This document shows, piece after piece, positions 39,588-50,275 of a DNA stretch of 61,036 bases. The notes beneath the pieces were generated by a model. The model was not told the DNA's origin, made no database searches, and saw nothing but the letters and a program-made list of their open reading frames with translations. The DNA is taken from assembly GCA_965645705.1 (NCBI GenBank), contig CBFFWQ010000011.1, forward strand, positions 64,001 to 125,036, in the 5' to 3' direction. A program made the position numbers and the translations under genes. Numbering within the stretch: the stretch's first letter is position 1; each line of letters opens with the position of its first letter. The stretch comes from an uncultured Lachnospiraceae bacterium. Lineage in GTDB: Bacteria > Bacillota > Clostridia > Lachnospirales > Lachnospiraceae.

Positions 39588-41192
39588 CTAAAGTGTATAC
39601 AGAGAATCATCACCTTCGCCATACTGTGCTTCCAAAGAAGCAATTGCTTGATCAGCATCCAGTACCTCTTGAAAATCACCGCCCTGCAACGACTCATCAT
39701 AAACAAAACCACAAACATCAAAGAACTTTTTCATTGTGATTCTATACGTAATAGGTCTTGCTCTACGCTTATGAACTTCTATCTGTATTAAGTTCTGCAA
39801 ACGCAAAGTTTCATTCTCACGCAAAATGATACACATATCAGACTCTGCTTCCAAAGTCTGACTTTCTCTCGTTGTTGGTACATCTTTTGGTACATCTTGG
39901 TCACGCTGTAAATAGTACCTTGCTTCGGAGCTAGGGTGTGATGTAACCAAAACACACACTGGATAATTCCTCTTAAAGTTACGCAGACATACTGACAGCT
40001 TATCTATATTTTCTTTCTTTGTACTTCTCGGACCTTCTAATAAAGCAAGTGAATGGTCAACTACCAGTACATCAAACTTTATCCGATTATAATCAGCCAC
40101 CAATTCCTCACCCAAATTGTCATAATGATAAGCTTCTCTCAAATTGATATTTCCACTTTCCATTGTACTCATAATAGACATTCGTATTACCTTACTTACT
40201 TCATCACCATAATCATCTGGATTCTTAACCATATCTGGAGTAATGAATTTTCCATACTCCTGCCATACATAATTCACAATGATTAAAGCCCATACTTGGG
40301 CTTCTGTATTTTCAGAATACATAAACAGTACACGATACCCTGCACGCAACACTCTGACCACTGTATGTATACAAAGCATGGTTTTACCAACACCTGCGGA
40401 TGCTACAATACTATACAGTTTATTTCGCAATAAAGGAGTTTCATCGTCTAGATCTGGAATACCCCATAAACAAACGGGAATAAACGTCATTCTCAAATCC
40501 TCTTGAATCTTCTGAACGTCTGATAAACTTTTAATAGATACTACATTGTTTGCATTATCTATGTCGTCAATACGATTACGAATCTCTATCGAAGCTAAAG
40601 AAGTGTAACGTAGCCAATCTTCGCTACCTCCATAAGTCTCTCTGCCAATTCTTATCTGTCCGACAAGAATCTTGCCTTGCAACTTAACAGTATCTTCTCC
40701 TGCCTTACGAAGAAATGCGGATTTATACAAGGGCATAGAGTTAATGATAGAATCTGATTCCTGAGCTAAAACGAAACAATTATCATACAACTCGATAGTA
40801 CGAGAATAAATAATCTCTGCCGCTTTCTCTCTGACAACACCATTCGATAAATCGGAATCCATAGCCTCGCTATCAAGAAACTCCTTCATACGCACAAAGG
40901 AATTAATTGTCAAATCAAACGCATTATCTTCGACAATCTGTTTTACAATTTCTTTTGTTGCATAAGGCTTGTAATCAACCAAACCTAAGGCAATCTGATT
41001 CATTTGATTTAGTACACTAAGAAGTGTATAGTATTCCATATTAAACTCTTCCAATTTAATATAGCTGAAAACACAATCCATTACTGTTGAAAACATTCCT
41101 GGATTATAATTCTTATGTGGAAGTGCTGCACTAATAAATGTATTTACAACACCCATCAAATACTCGTCCTGTAAAACATTCAAATAGATCAA
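39588..41192 (-). CDS. DnaB-like/RecA-fold ATPase (replicative-helicase C-terminal-domain-like)
   Basis: Walker A SAGVGKTMLCIHTVV...VLFMYSENT; Walker B VLVVDHSLAL; CVLVTSHPS. Confidence 0.5.
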   Translation of the reverse strand: MIYLNVLQDEYLMGVVNTFISAALPHKNYNPGMFSTVMDCVFSYIKLEEFNMEYYTLLSVLNQMNQIALGLVDYKPYATKEIVKQIVEDNAFDLTINSFVRMKEFLDSEAMDSDLSNGVVREKAAEIIYSRTIELYDNCFVLAQESDSIINSMPLYKSAFLRKAGEDTVKLQGKILVGQIRIGRETYGGSEDWLRYTSLASIEIRNRIDDIDNANNVVSIKSLSDVQKIQEDLRMTFIPVCLWGIPDLDDETPLLRNKLYSIVASAGVGKTMLCIHTVVRVLRAGYRVLFMYSENTEAQVWALIIVNYVWQEYGKFITPDMVKNPDDYGDEVSKVIRMSIMSTMESGNINLREAYHYDNLGEELVADYNRIKFDVLVVDHSLALLEGPRSTKKENIDKLSVCLRNFKRNYPVCVLVTSHPSSEARYYLQRDQDVPKDVPTTRESQTLEAESDMCIILRENETLRLQNLIQIEVHKRRARPITYRITMKKFFDVCGFVYDESLQGGDFQEVLDADQAIASLEAQYGEGDDSLYTL

Positions 41193-42538
41193 TCACGACC
41201 ACCACCTATCAATTCATTGGCAACATCTGTAACAGCTGTATACTCCACATTTACAATATCTTTGACTAACTGAGTAAGTGGCAGAATGCTATCTCTAAAA
41301 TACTCTACTTCCTCTGACTCGGCTACCATCATGAAATACACATCTAAAGTTTTCGTATACAGACCACGATAAGCACGACCTACTACCTGATCTACATTAA
41401 TAGTCAATTCGTAAAACAATACATACTCGCAGTCCAAATTTAATGCCTCTTCTACAGAGGTGATTACTACGTCATACTTACCATGTTTATTAAATTCCTT
41501 CATCACGCAATTACGTTCTTTTAAAGACGTATAACCATTAATACAAGCATACTCAATACCTGCCTGCTTCAAAAACGGCAATACAAATTCTCGTACTTCA
41601 TGCATCCTTACATACACAATTCCACGTCTATGCTGATTCTTTTGACTAACAATAAGATTAACCAAGGCTACTACAGAATTAATCGCACCTTGACCTTTAC
41701 AAATTAAAGAACGGTCAACACGTTTTGCACGCTTCTGATGATCTAAAGCTGGCACAATTACAGGAATTCCTCGCACACAGGAATCAAAACCTAAATCTTT
41801 CCTTGTTCTTTGAATAAAAAAACAAGGGTCACAATCGAAACTAATCTCATGACGAGTTAATTGTCTGTTAAGTCTCTCTGGATTAGGATACTTATCAGGA
41901 TCAAGCATACAAGCCAATCGTACAAATTGATCTAAAGAGGATACGATTGGTGTCGCTGTAAGTGCCCACTTATACTCAAAATGATTACACACTCCACGCA
42001 ACATACCTGCTGTACTTGCTTTATGAACATTATTAAGATTGTGGGCTTCGTCAATAATAAGAGCATTAAAATCATTTTTATACTTGAAAATAAGTCCCAT
42101 TAAATCACGATTGCCCAAACACTGATGAGTTAGCATCAATACACTACAACGTAAAAAGTCACCGCTTTCAAACAGAGTTTGTAAACTCTTTTGAGTGGCA
42201 TTACTCGACTCTACCCTCAATCCAGTTAATTTTTCTACATCAGCAGGGGTTTGTGATAACTGGTTATTCTTTACAAACATCAGCACCCTGCTTTCTGGAT
42301 TCAATAAGTAAAGCCATCTTATCAATGCTGACGCAATATAAGTTTTGCCTGTACCAGTTCCATACATACACAATGCAGTTTTGCGTGCCATCATCTTAAC
42401 CACATCTAAAGCCTGCAAAGGGTGAAGTGTTTCTTCATTAACAAAAAGTCCAATAACTTCCTCTAAGTTAACAGCATCTAATAACTCTTTCTCAAACGAA
42501 GTTAATGACCACTGGCTTACAATTTCCTCATTACTCAC
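41189..42538 (-). CDS. SF2 DEAH-box helicase
   Basis: Motif I YGTGTGKTYIA; motif II LIIDEAHNL; motif VI QVVGRAYRG. Confidence 0.7.
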   Translation of the reverse strand: MSNEEIVSQWSLTSFEKELLDAVNLEEVIGLFVNEETLHPLQALDVVKMMARKTALCMYGTGTGKTYIASALIRWLYLLNPESRVLMFVKNNQLSQTPADVEKLTGLRVESSNATQKSLQTLFESGDFLRCSVLMLTHQCLGNRDLMGLIFKYKNDFNALIIDEAHNLNNVHKASTAGMLRGVCNHFEYKWALTATPIVSSLDQFVRLACMLDPDKYPNPERLNRQLTRHEISFDCDPCFFIQRTRKDLGFDSCVRGIPVIVPALDHQKRAKRVDRSLICKGQGAINSVVALVNLIVSQKNQHRRGIVYVRMHEVREFVLPFLKQAGIEYACINGYTSLKERNCVMKEFNKHGKYDVVITSVEEALNLDCEYVLFYELTINVDQVVGRAYRGLYTKTLDVYFMMVAESEEVEYFRDSILPLTQLVKDIVNVEYTAVTDVANELIGGGRD

Positions 42539-42577
42539 AATACCTCTCCTTTCAGATTATCATACGCTCTAACTAGG

Positions 42578-42606
42578 ATCATAAAAAAGTACCCCGATAG
42601 TTGCAA
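42578..42606 (-). promoter_or_regulatory. Sigma-A-like promoter candidate for the helicase gene
   Basis: On the minus strand TTGCAA-17 bp-TATGAT, about 40 bp upstream of the start codon at 42538. Confidence 0.3.
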
Positions 42607-42712
42607 ATTGAACCACACAAACTACGCAGAATCAATTGCATTCGCCAGCCACAAATCTGTAACTCACGAACCTTACTATCAGAGTACTGCCAAAGAGAAC
42701 TACAATTCAGGA

Positions 42713-43051
42713 TTACAAAAAACCTGCCAGTTCACCTACATCACTTTCCGTTTTACACTTTAACCCTGGAAACACTTCCATAACACTGGCACGAATCATC
42801 GGATTTCTTAAAGTAGAATATTCCAAAATTCCACCCAATGTATCATCAGTCTTAGCAAAATTAGCGGACTTAAATACATCATTAGTACCGCAAAAATGCA
42901 TAGAATCTAAAGTAAGAACTCTCAAAAGAGCAAGCTGCTCTTTATCATTCAATGCATTGACCTCATCTAAGGAAAACTGTACCTCCAATGGATTAATGCC
43001 ATTGATTAGCTGTTTCTTCTTTTCCTTTAAAATTTCAGCTAACTGCTCCAT
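42713..43051 (-). CDS. Hypothetical protein
   Basis: 112-aa ORF. Confidence 0.4.
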   Translation of the reverse strand: MEQLAEILKEKKKQLINGINPLEVQFSLDEVNALNDKEQLALLRVLTLDSMHFCGTNDVFKSANFAKTDDTLGGILEYSTLRNPMIRASVMEVFPGLKCKTESDVGELAGFL

Positions 43052-43566
43052 TACTTGCTCCCTCCATACGTCACTAATTGACTCAATAATAAATCTGCAA
43101 TTATGGACGCATCACAATAATTCTCGCACAAAACAAGAACTATAAAAATTCTCAAATACATGTACGACAATGTCTGCATCACTGCAGCGTCCTTTTCGTC
43201 AAACTCACTCAGTATTAAACATAATTCGCCAATCGCAAGCTTATTTTGCATACTTATGCGACTAGCGTTACAGAAGGGCAGTAGGATTCTTACTATCTCA
43301 TTTATCCTCTTGTACCTTGTAAAGTTTAAACGAGTTATCCCATAAAACTTTAATCTAAAGTCCATGTAGGAAATAATCGCAAATTGTGTAGAAGCAGATT
43401 GATTCCGCTGTTTTAAATCCTCTGTTGATAACTCGTCCAAAAGCTGTTCGAACTTAGGTTTAAATTGTGCCATCTTCAACGTATGCAATCTACTATCGCC
43501 ACGCAATCCATAGCACTCTTCTAGCCTCTTTATACTTGATGAAAATGCACTAATATAGGAATCCAT
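43051..43566 (-). CDS. Hypothetical protein
   Basis: 171-aa ORF. Confidence 0.45.
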   Translation of the reverse strand: MDSYISAFSSSIKRLEECYGLRGDSRLHTLKMAQFKPKFEQLLDELSTEDLKQRNQSASTQFAIISYMDFRLKFYGITRLNFTRYKRINEIVRILLPFCNASRISMQNKLAIGELCLILSEFDEKDAAVMQTLSYMYLRIFIVLVLCENYCDASIIADLLLSQLVTYGGSK

Positions 43567-43619
43567 TTCCTCACCTGCCTTTCTTAATTAGCAACACTGC
43601 ACCGTAAACTAAAGTCTTA

Positions 43620-44552
43620 CTAAACAAGTTCGTATTTCTGTATAAACAACTTAAGTTCCTTTTCAAAATCTTTCGTAGCATCTTTAGTAATGGCTTTGTC
43701 ATTAGAGGCAAAAAGTTCTAGAATATCTTCTACGCACTCTTGACTATTTGGCAACATACCTTCTACTGAATCAATTAAATCTTTATAACCTGCTTCACTT
43801 AATAGAGTAAAAAATGGATCTGCTAACGATGGATACTTCTCAAAAATAGTAAGTTTTGGTTCATAGCGTTCTACAATACTATGAACGTTCTCAATGACAA
43901 TCTCAACACTATCTTCTAAATAAGATAAAGCTTCATTGACGCACTCATCTAGAACTAGTTCACCTTGCTTAGGACTATCAATAAATGCATTCGATGGTTT
44001 TGCTACACCATCTATGCCATCTTCCGCCTCAGAACTATTCAGAGTGGCGTATGATTTATCAATCTGAAAATCTTTCCACAAGAAACAACCAAGAGTACTA
44101 ATTAACTCTAGCACTTCCTCCTTAAGAATTTCAAAATCTTCCTCACTGATACTGTATGTGGATACTACTATTTCCGCATTATCACAAAATTTCTGTAATA
44201 GAGCCGTATCTGTCATAACCTCTTCACTTTCCTGTACTTCACCATCACTACTGTATAAATTAGAACTTCTATCAATAAAAGCTCTATACATCAATCGAAA
44301 TCTATAAGGTGCAGTAGGACACAACTTATTAATATAAGTAATCACATTAGACGATAATGCAAACTGGCACCCTGCTAAAGAATCCAATAAATCACAATCA
44401 TAAGAATCATCCTGCTCGTATTCTTCCATTAAATTAATAACTTCCATCAGCTTTATCATAATGGTATACGCTTCACAAAAGGTTTGTGAGGAAACTGCCC
44501 TATCACAACCACCTAACGACATATCAACTACATGATTAATCAACTTTGCCAT
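43620..44552 (-). CDS. Hypothetical protein
   Basis: Start moved to MAKLINHV, preceded by GGAGG. Confidence 0.5.
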   Translation of the reverse strand: MAKLINHVVDMSLGGCDRAVSSQTFCEAYTIMIKLMEVINLMEEYEQDDSYDCDLLDSLAGCQFALSSNVITYINKLCPTAPYRFRLMYRAFIDRSSNLYSSDGEVQESEEVMTDTALLQKFCDNAEIVVSTYSISEEDFEILKEEVLELISTLGCFLWKDFQIDKSYATLNSSEAEDGIDGVAKPSNAFIDSPKQGELVLDECVNEALSYLEDSVEIVIENVHSIVERYEPKLTIFEKYPSLADPFFTLLSEAGYKDLIDSVEGMLPNSQECVEDILELFASNDKAITKDATKDFEKELKLFIQKYELV

Positions 44553-44628
44553 CTTTAAAACCCTCCTTAGAATTTTACATACACGATAAATAGCACACAA
44601 TAAATTTACAGTTTACAGACCTAAAGGA

Positions 44629-45624
44629 TCATAATGCCAAGCACTCGAATCCACCAAAGGAGTCCACTGAGAAACTACTAAAAGTATCTTCAACTTCCAT
44701 TACACTCTTTTTAAAACGCTTTTTTGTAGCCTCACTAAAACTTAGCATTTCTTTTTGTTCATCACTCAATTCAGCTAAGAAATCCTTATAATTTTTAACT
44801 TCTTCTTCTGGAACTTCTTCTACCATTTTTTCCGCTTTCATCTGAGTTTCAGTAATCTGCTCAATAATCTGCAATGGATCATCTAAAGGAGCATTAAGCT
44901 TAAAGCCATCTGGTAATGAAACGGATGAAGCGGGAGTTTCAGAAACAACGGGAGCTGGAGAAACAACGGGAGCTGGAGGCGGTGAAACAGGAGCTTCAGA
45001 GACTGGAGCAACGAGACCATGCACCATATCACTATCTGAATCATCTAACTCATCTGAATCTTCTTCAACACCTTTCAAATTATTTAATACAGCTTTCTTG
45101 GAAGAATTTATTATTTTGGGTGGTGCTGGTGGTGCTGGGACAGGCTCACTATCCTCTAACTTTTTCTTTTCCTCTACAATGGGAGGAGTAGGAGGCAACG
45201 GAACTTTCTCTGCCTCTGCCTCTGATTCAAACTTCGATTTAGGCTTCTCAGACTCCTCCTCTGGCTTTGGTAACAAATTCTCAGCAGTCTTATAAATACT
45301 GAGATCGCTTATTTCATACCATGCATAAACACCGAGTAACCCAATAAAAGCTACAATCTGCAAAATAATAGGATTCTTTCCTGTAAACAAATTAAACCGA
45401 CCTAAAGAAATCAACCGCACTGCATTCAACACAATATCCAATAAATTGAACACCATTGCTGCTATCAAAATTGATTCTATATTTTTCTTAGAAAAGAAAG
45501 GTAATTTAGTTGCAACCTCTCCGACTAACCTAGATGGTGCTCTGATCACCTTCACGATAATAGTCTTAATGGCATTCGTGCCATCAAACGAACCATCATC
45601 ATACTCTTTTTCTGTATACCTCAT
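44629..45624 (-). CDS. Membrane protein with a Pro/Val/Ser-rich repetitive segment
   Basis: TM helices plus PVSEAPVSPPPAPVVSPAPVVSETP, encoded by 18-bp tandem repeats at 44940-45010. Confidence 0.5.
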   Translation of the reverse strand: MRYTEKEYDDGSFDGTNAIKTIIVKVIRAPSRLVGEVATKLPFFSKKNIESILIAAMVFNLLDIVLNAVRLISLGRFNLFTGKNPIILQIVAFIGLLGVYAWYEISDLSIYKTAENLLPKPEEESEKPKSKFESEAEAEKVPLPPTPPIVEEKKKLEDSEPVPAPPAPPKIINSSKKAVLNNLKGVEEDSDELDDSDSDMVHGLVAPVSEAPVSPPPAPVVSPAPVVSETPASSVSLPDGFKLNAPLDDPLQIIEQITETQMKAEKMVEEVPEEEVKNYKDFLAELSDEQKEMLSFSEATKKRFKKSVMEVEDTFSSFSVDSFGGFECLAL

Positions 45625-45750
45625 AGTAGGACTATCACCATCCTTAGTAAGACCGCCGTAATAATAAAGTCTAACAGAATACCTGATCGGTTATGCCCTG
45701 CCAGCAATACATACCCACACAAGATAAAGAACAACATTGAGGTAAGTACC

Positions 45751-46281
45751 TTAATACAAATAATCAACATCTTCAATAAAATCAAGGCATTCACACTCCT
45801 TTATTTTACTAATACGACCATGACTTACTTCAAAAATCATAATAAACAGACGGTCAGGTTCTACACAATTGGACTCAATACGATACAATACGTACTTATC
45901 TGTAGCCTCTACTACATTAATTATACTCTTGTTTCCATAATACCGTACATACGTATACAACTGTCTATTCTCGTTATCAATCGTAAGACCAGCATAGGTA
46001 TCTTCATCCATAATCTGAGCAAGACGTTTTTGATTTTCTTGTACCTCATCTAAAGAATCGAAGTCATACATCAGCATAACCGCTTCTACACCTAAAGTTC
46101 TCTTCAAGGAAACACTTGCTGAACTCAAAAAAAATACCACAATAGAAATTAATGCAGCAACAAAAACAAGTACACGCAATCCAATCCACACCACGGACAC
46201 AACGGATACTTTAGAATCCGCAGAGAAATCATCATACTCTTCTTCACTCTTTGCCATGCTATCAATCCTTTGCAAAAGCAT
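45751..46281 (-). CDS. Membrane-anchored hypothetical protein
   Basis: TM helix plus a C-terminal domain. Confidence 0.45.
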   Translation of the reverse strand: MLLQRIDSMAKSEEEYDDFSADSKVSVVSVVWIGLRVLVFVAALISIVVFFLSSASVSLKRTLGVEAVMLMYDFDSLDEVQENQKRLAQIMDEDTYAGLTIDNENRQLYTYVRYYGNKSIINVVEATDKYVLYRIESNCVEPDRLFIMIFEVSHGRISKIKECECLDFIEDVDYLY

Positions 46282-46855
46282 TCACTGTTTCTGCTTGTTC
46301 TACAAAATCATCCTCAGATGCAGTCAACCGCTCATCCTTTGGGTTTGTGATACCCATCTTTAACATTTTCAGTGCTAAAGATTGTGGTAATTTCTGTACA
46401 CTGTACTTCAATTCACCTATTTTCTCATGAATAGTGTATTCACCTGAAACGCTATTAATAAGTGCCCGACCTAAAGTAGAGTCTGTAGAAAGAACCCTCT
46501 TCCGTGGATCAGGATCTCTAGTATCACCCTCATAGTCCACACGAAGAATACGTGGGACAAACTTAGGATCAACAGGGGACAACAAATTAATAAGTACAAA
46601 AGAGCCAACTCCTATTCTCGGACCATCATCAGGCGGAATAACTGTTAATGAAGGAGACGAAATTTTATTTCGTAATTCCTTAATACGAAATGACGTTTTA
46701 TCACACGCCATACGAGCTGCCTCATATTCAGCATTCTCAGATAAATCACCTAAAGCACGAGCTTCTTCCTTCTCAACATTCTGTTTTTCTAAAAGTTTCT
46801 CTAATTCGAATAATTCCGCCTTATACTCTTCCAACTGGAAAGATGAAATTTCCAT
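46262..46855 (-). CDS. greA: GreA/GreB-family transcript cleavage factor homolog
   Basis: ARALGDLSENAEYEAAR (E. coli GreA: AREHGDLKENAEYHAAR). C-terminal FKBP-like LSTDSTLGRALINSVSGEYTIH (GreA: VNSPIARGLIGKEEDDVV). Confidence 0.8.
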   Translation of the reverse strand: MEISSFQLEEYKAELFELEKLLEKQNVEKEEARALGDLSENAEYEAARMACDKTSFRIKELRNKISSPSLTVIPPDDGPRIGVGSFVLINLLSPVDPKFVPRILRVDYEGDTRDPDPRKRVLSTDSTLGRALINSVSGEYTIHEKIGELKYSVQKLPQSLALKMLKMGITNPKDERLTASEDDFVEQAETVNAFAKD

Positions 46856-46856
46856 G

Positions 46857-47645
46857 CTATTCTCCTTTCATTTTCTCCCGATAATCAGTAAACCTAATTA
46901 CTACAGGATACTTCAACGGATTGTCAACTTCATTCACATCTAAAGCAGATGATTTGATGGCATCAAAAGAACGCCCCCAATCTCTTTTACTCATCGTTTC
47001 AAGCGAATAACGTGACATGAAAAAAGTCGGTAGTCCTTTACGACTCCGCTTATCCAATAAATCTTCTATGATCATATATGCCTCTTCACGGTACACAGTT
47101 TTTATTACTGTTACAAATACAACATCAGCCGATACATACTCATCATAAGTTACGCCTAATAATTCCTTCATCTGCTTATCTGCTGATGGACGGTCAGCTG
47201 CCAGTGTACACAATCGCTTGACTTCTTGTGTGTCAAGCAATGGTGCAACTGTAAAACCTTTTAAAGAAGCATACTGCATACAACTATACGCAAAGGTTAT
47301 TTTACCAAACTTAGGTGGTGCGATAATTATCGCAGACTTTGTAGGTATTCGACCATTAGCAAACAACGTATGAATCTTTTCCAACTGATCAACTACAAAT
47401 AAAAAATACTGATTAGAAAGTAGCTCAGCGTGCGTAGTTATTAAAAATTCTTTATTCCATGAAACACCTACATACTGATCTGGAATACGCTTCAGCTTTG
47501 AAGTAATTAACAAGTTTTTCTTTGTTTCTGGATCTTGAATCAAATTAAAACTTGTCCCTGTCTTTTTCTTACCACAGGTCGGACAATCCTTATCTGGAAA
47601 ACCATGCCCACCGCAATCAAAGCATACTCTTGTTTCTTTACTCAA
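46857..47645 (-). CDS. Zinc-ribbon + P-loop-like protein (possible DnaC/IstB-like loader)
   Basis: N-terminal CFDCGG...CPTCG. IIAPPKFGKITFAYSCMQYASLKGFTV resembles an IstB/DnaC Walker A region but deviates from it. Confidence 0.3.
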   Translation of the reverse strand: MSKETRVCFDCGGHGFPDKDCPTCGKKKTGTSFNLIQDPETKKNLLITSKLKRIPDQYVGVSWNKEFLITTHAELLSNQYFLFVVDQLEKIHTLFANGRIPTKSAIIIAPPKFGKITFAYSCMQYASLKGFTVAPLLDTQEVKRLCTLAADRPSADKQMKELLGVTYDEYVSADVVFVTVIKTVYREEAYMIIEDLLDKRSRKGLPTFFMSRYSLETMSKRDWGRSFDAIKSSALDVNEVDNPLKYPVVIRFTDYREKMKGE

Positions 47646-48035
47646 CCTCTTTACCCCTTTCTAAAGGAATTGCATAAAATAAATTCACACTTATTTCTAT
47701 ACTTACAAAATGTAAAATCTTACGAATAAAATAGCAACCCCATCACAATACCTGCAAAGAATTACAGGCTTGTTCGTATTACCATTAACAATTCTCTGCA
47801 GTACCTATTATTACACCATATAACGATAGTAACACGATACATTTTGTATTGTTTTCTTATGCTTGTAAATACTGGAATACAACAAGGAGAGACAACAATT
47901 TACTACAGAACCCAGTCATAAAACAGTAAAACTCACCAGCACACCAAGTATTATGACTGCCTTCATACCAAACAACAGTACTTTAAAGTCACAATACACA
48001 AAATCGTGCAGCAGTATTAATACTACACGACTAAA

Positions 48036-48614
48036 CTAAAGTAAACCTTGCCTGAATCTTTCCATCAAGTATTCGTACTCTTTCGGAATACCGTAATACA
48101 ATTCTCGATAAATAATATCTCTATCTATTGCTGAACTCTCAGATTCTACCTGACGTATACGAGTATACAGCTCTGAGGCATGGACGACTTCTTTGCAAGA
48201 ACTTCTGATTCTACAAGAGTCAGGAACAACTACAAAATTATGAACCATTACCCAGACACCAAATCTATCAAAAATAAACTTTTTAATAAACCTGATATGA
48301 GCAAGATTCTGATGTATCGGATTATGAATTGTAAGAATACGAGGATTCCTTGCCCGACCGAGCCATTCGTAATCTCGAAACTCCCCTTTAATAAAGGAAG
48401 GAAAATCTTTAGATTCTATGGAATAAATAGCGTGATTTGTAATGGCAATAATATCCACTTCTGTTTCATGTGCTGGTAAATACCAACAAAAAAATTTCTG
48501 TCCTGCCAAAATTAAAGCAGATGGTTCTGCATTAGAAATACACTGAGCAATTGCCATCTCACACGTAGTTCCTACGAATTTTACATTTTCTCTATCCATG
48601 GAGAAATCCTCCAT
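48036..48614 (-). CDS. NERD-domain protein
   Basis: VDIIAITNHAIYSIESKDFPSFIKGEFRDYEWLG...HNPIHQNLAHIRFIKK fits the NERD pattern. Confidence 0.5.
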   Translation of the reverse strand: MEDFSMDRENVKFVGTTCEMAIAQCISNAEPSALILAGQKFFCWYLPAHETEVDIIAITNHAIYSIESKDFPSFIKGEFRDYEWLGRARNPRILTIHNPIHQNLAHIRFIKKFIFDRFGVWVMVHNFVVVPDSCRIRSSCKEVVHASELYTRIRQVESESSAIDRDIIYRELYYGIPKEYEYLMERFRQGLL

Positions 48615-48637
48615 ACACTGACCTAAAGGTTACTAGA

Positions 48638-49624
48638 CTAATAATCTTTACTAAAATAATGGTCTTTGTATTTAAACAAAGGCTTGCAATCACTATGATA
48701 GCCATACATTTTAAAATAGATGGCATTCTGTGCCTCATTAATACCATCTTCTAATGCTTCAATTACTTTTTCAATATCTTCTTTTTCATCCCTAGAAAGT
48801 TTTCCATAAGCCGTCTCGTAAGTACCATTAGATACGGGAGAAAACTGATGAGGTGAAAATACTACTTCTTCTACACTCTTTTTATAACGTACACACCTAT
48901 TGCGAATAACTTCTCCTACATACTGCATACCAGTGAATCCTTGATCACCAGCTTCTGCAGCAATAATTTTCCTTAAAATAGACTTATCATCTTCAGAATA
49001 AGTCACCTTCAAATCTTTACTATAAGAAGAAGTTTCATCTAAAGGACTCTTATTGGAAACTGCTTTAGCTTTCTCTGCTGCTATAGTAGCTTCTTTAGCC
49101 TCTTTTTCTGCTTCCTTAGCAGCTTTTTTAGCCTCTTCAGCTTCTCGTTGTGCTTTCAATTTTTTAGCTTCTGCTTCCTTAATCTTCTCCTCCAGCTTAC
49201 TCCTTGCTTTCTCAGAAGAACGCAATTGTTCTTCCATCTCCGATAACTTCTGTTCAGCTAAAGAAAGTTCCAGCTTCTTCGCAAGCTTCTCATCTTGCAA
49301 AGCTTCTTCTTCTACCTGATTATAAAAATCATCATCAATGACAGGACTTGCCTGCCTTCCATCCGAAATCTCTGTAACAAGACGAGTTGATTGAACTGCA
49401 GAACCGGTAACCAAATCTAAAGGACTCTGTTGCTCTGCAATCAAGCTATCAAGTGAATTCATGTAATCCACTTTGACAATACGAACGCTTGCATACCGTT
49501 CTCTCTCGCTCATGTTTTCGTCAGCGTAAATATCTGTAACACTGAACAAACAAAAAGAGGTCGCAACAATACAGGGTACTGCTGCCACCAAAAGCATCTT
49601 ACTAAGTTCCCTCATAAAGCACAC
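48638..49624 (-). CDS. Secreted SleB/CwlJ-like (Hydrolase_2) cell-wall hydrolase with a coiled-coil linker
   Basis: Signal peptide; K/E/A-rich coiled coil; C-terminal IIAAEAGDQGFTGMQYVGEVIRNRCV...VVFSPHQFSPVSNG. Confidence 0.6.
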   Translation of the reverse strand: MCFMRELSKMLLVAAVPCIVATSFCLFSVTDIYADENMSERERYASVRIVKVDYMNSLDSLIAEQQSPLDLVTGSAVQSTRLVTEISDGRQASPVIDDDFYNQVEEEALQDEKLAKKLELSLAEQKLSEMEEQLRSSEKARSKLEEKIKEAEAKKLKAQREAEEAKKAAKEAEKEAKEATIAAEKAKAVSNKSPLDETSSYSKDLKVTYSEDDKSILRKIIAAEAGDQGFTGMQYVGEVIRNRCVRYKKSVEEVVFSPHQFSPVSNGTYETAYGKLSRDEKEDIEKVIEALEDGINEAQNAIYFKMYGYHSDCKPLFKYKDHYFSKDY

Positions 49625-49841
49625 TAGCAGTCAATACTACTAAACCACTAATGCTTATACACCTACCTTTCACAATACTACCATACTACGAATACAGTAC
49701 GATAGACTAAATAATACTCCACTGCACCAAACCTAAAGGCTTTGAATGCAATAAGAATACAGCACTACCTCAAAACAGCAGTTTAAGAATGCTACCTACC
49801 CACTGACACTGAAGTAACAATACTGCACTACAAAAGAATAC

Positions 49842-50156
49842 CTAAAGGAAAGCATACACTTTCCTTGCGACTGTTTTAATTACAGGTTCAGGTCTGCTTA
49901 CATCTACCTCAAACGTTGAAATAGAATCTGGATCTGTAAACACCTTTAAAATGCTCTCACCGTAATTCTTGTGTCGAACACCATCGAAAGGAAACCCTTT
50001 TATCTTTCCTAAATCCTCTAGTGTCCTTGGTTGTGCTTTTAAAAGAGCCTCAATATCCTTATCACGATAAATTGTATAAGGAAGCGTCTTATTCGCTCCG
50101 ACTAGCTTAGATCTTAAATCCTTCAGTAACTTTCGTTGCTTAACTAAATCTGCCAT
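49842..50156 (-). CDS. HRDC-domain-like small protein
   Basis: DKDIEALLKAQPRTLEDLGKIKGFPFDGVRHKNYGESILKVF. Start moved to MADLVKQ after AAAAAGGAGAG. Confidence 0.45.
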   Translation of the reverse strand: MADLVKQRKLLKDLRSKLVGANKTLPYTIYRDKDIEALLKAQPRTLEDLGKIKGFPFDGVRHKNYGESILKVFTDPDSISTFEVDVSRPEPVIKTVARKVYAFL

Positions 50157-50275
50157 AATTCTCTCCTTTTTCAAAAATTGCAATGCCATAAAACATTGCA
50201 TACGTAATTTACAGTTTTTATTCCACGTGAAAAATACTATTTTCTTTTAAAAAAAAAAGAAAAAACATAATTTTT

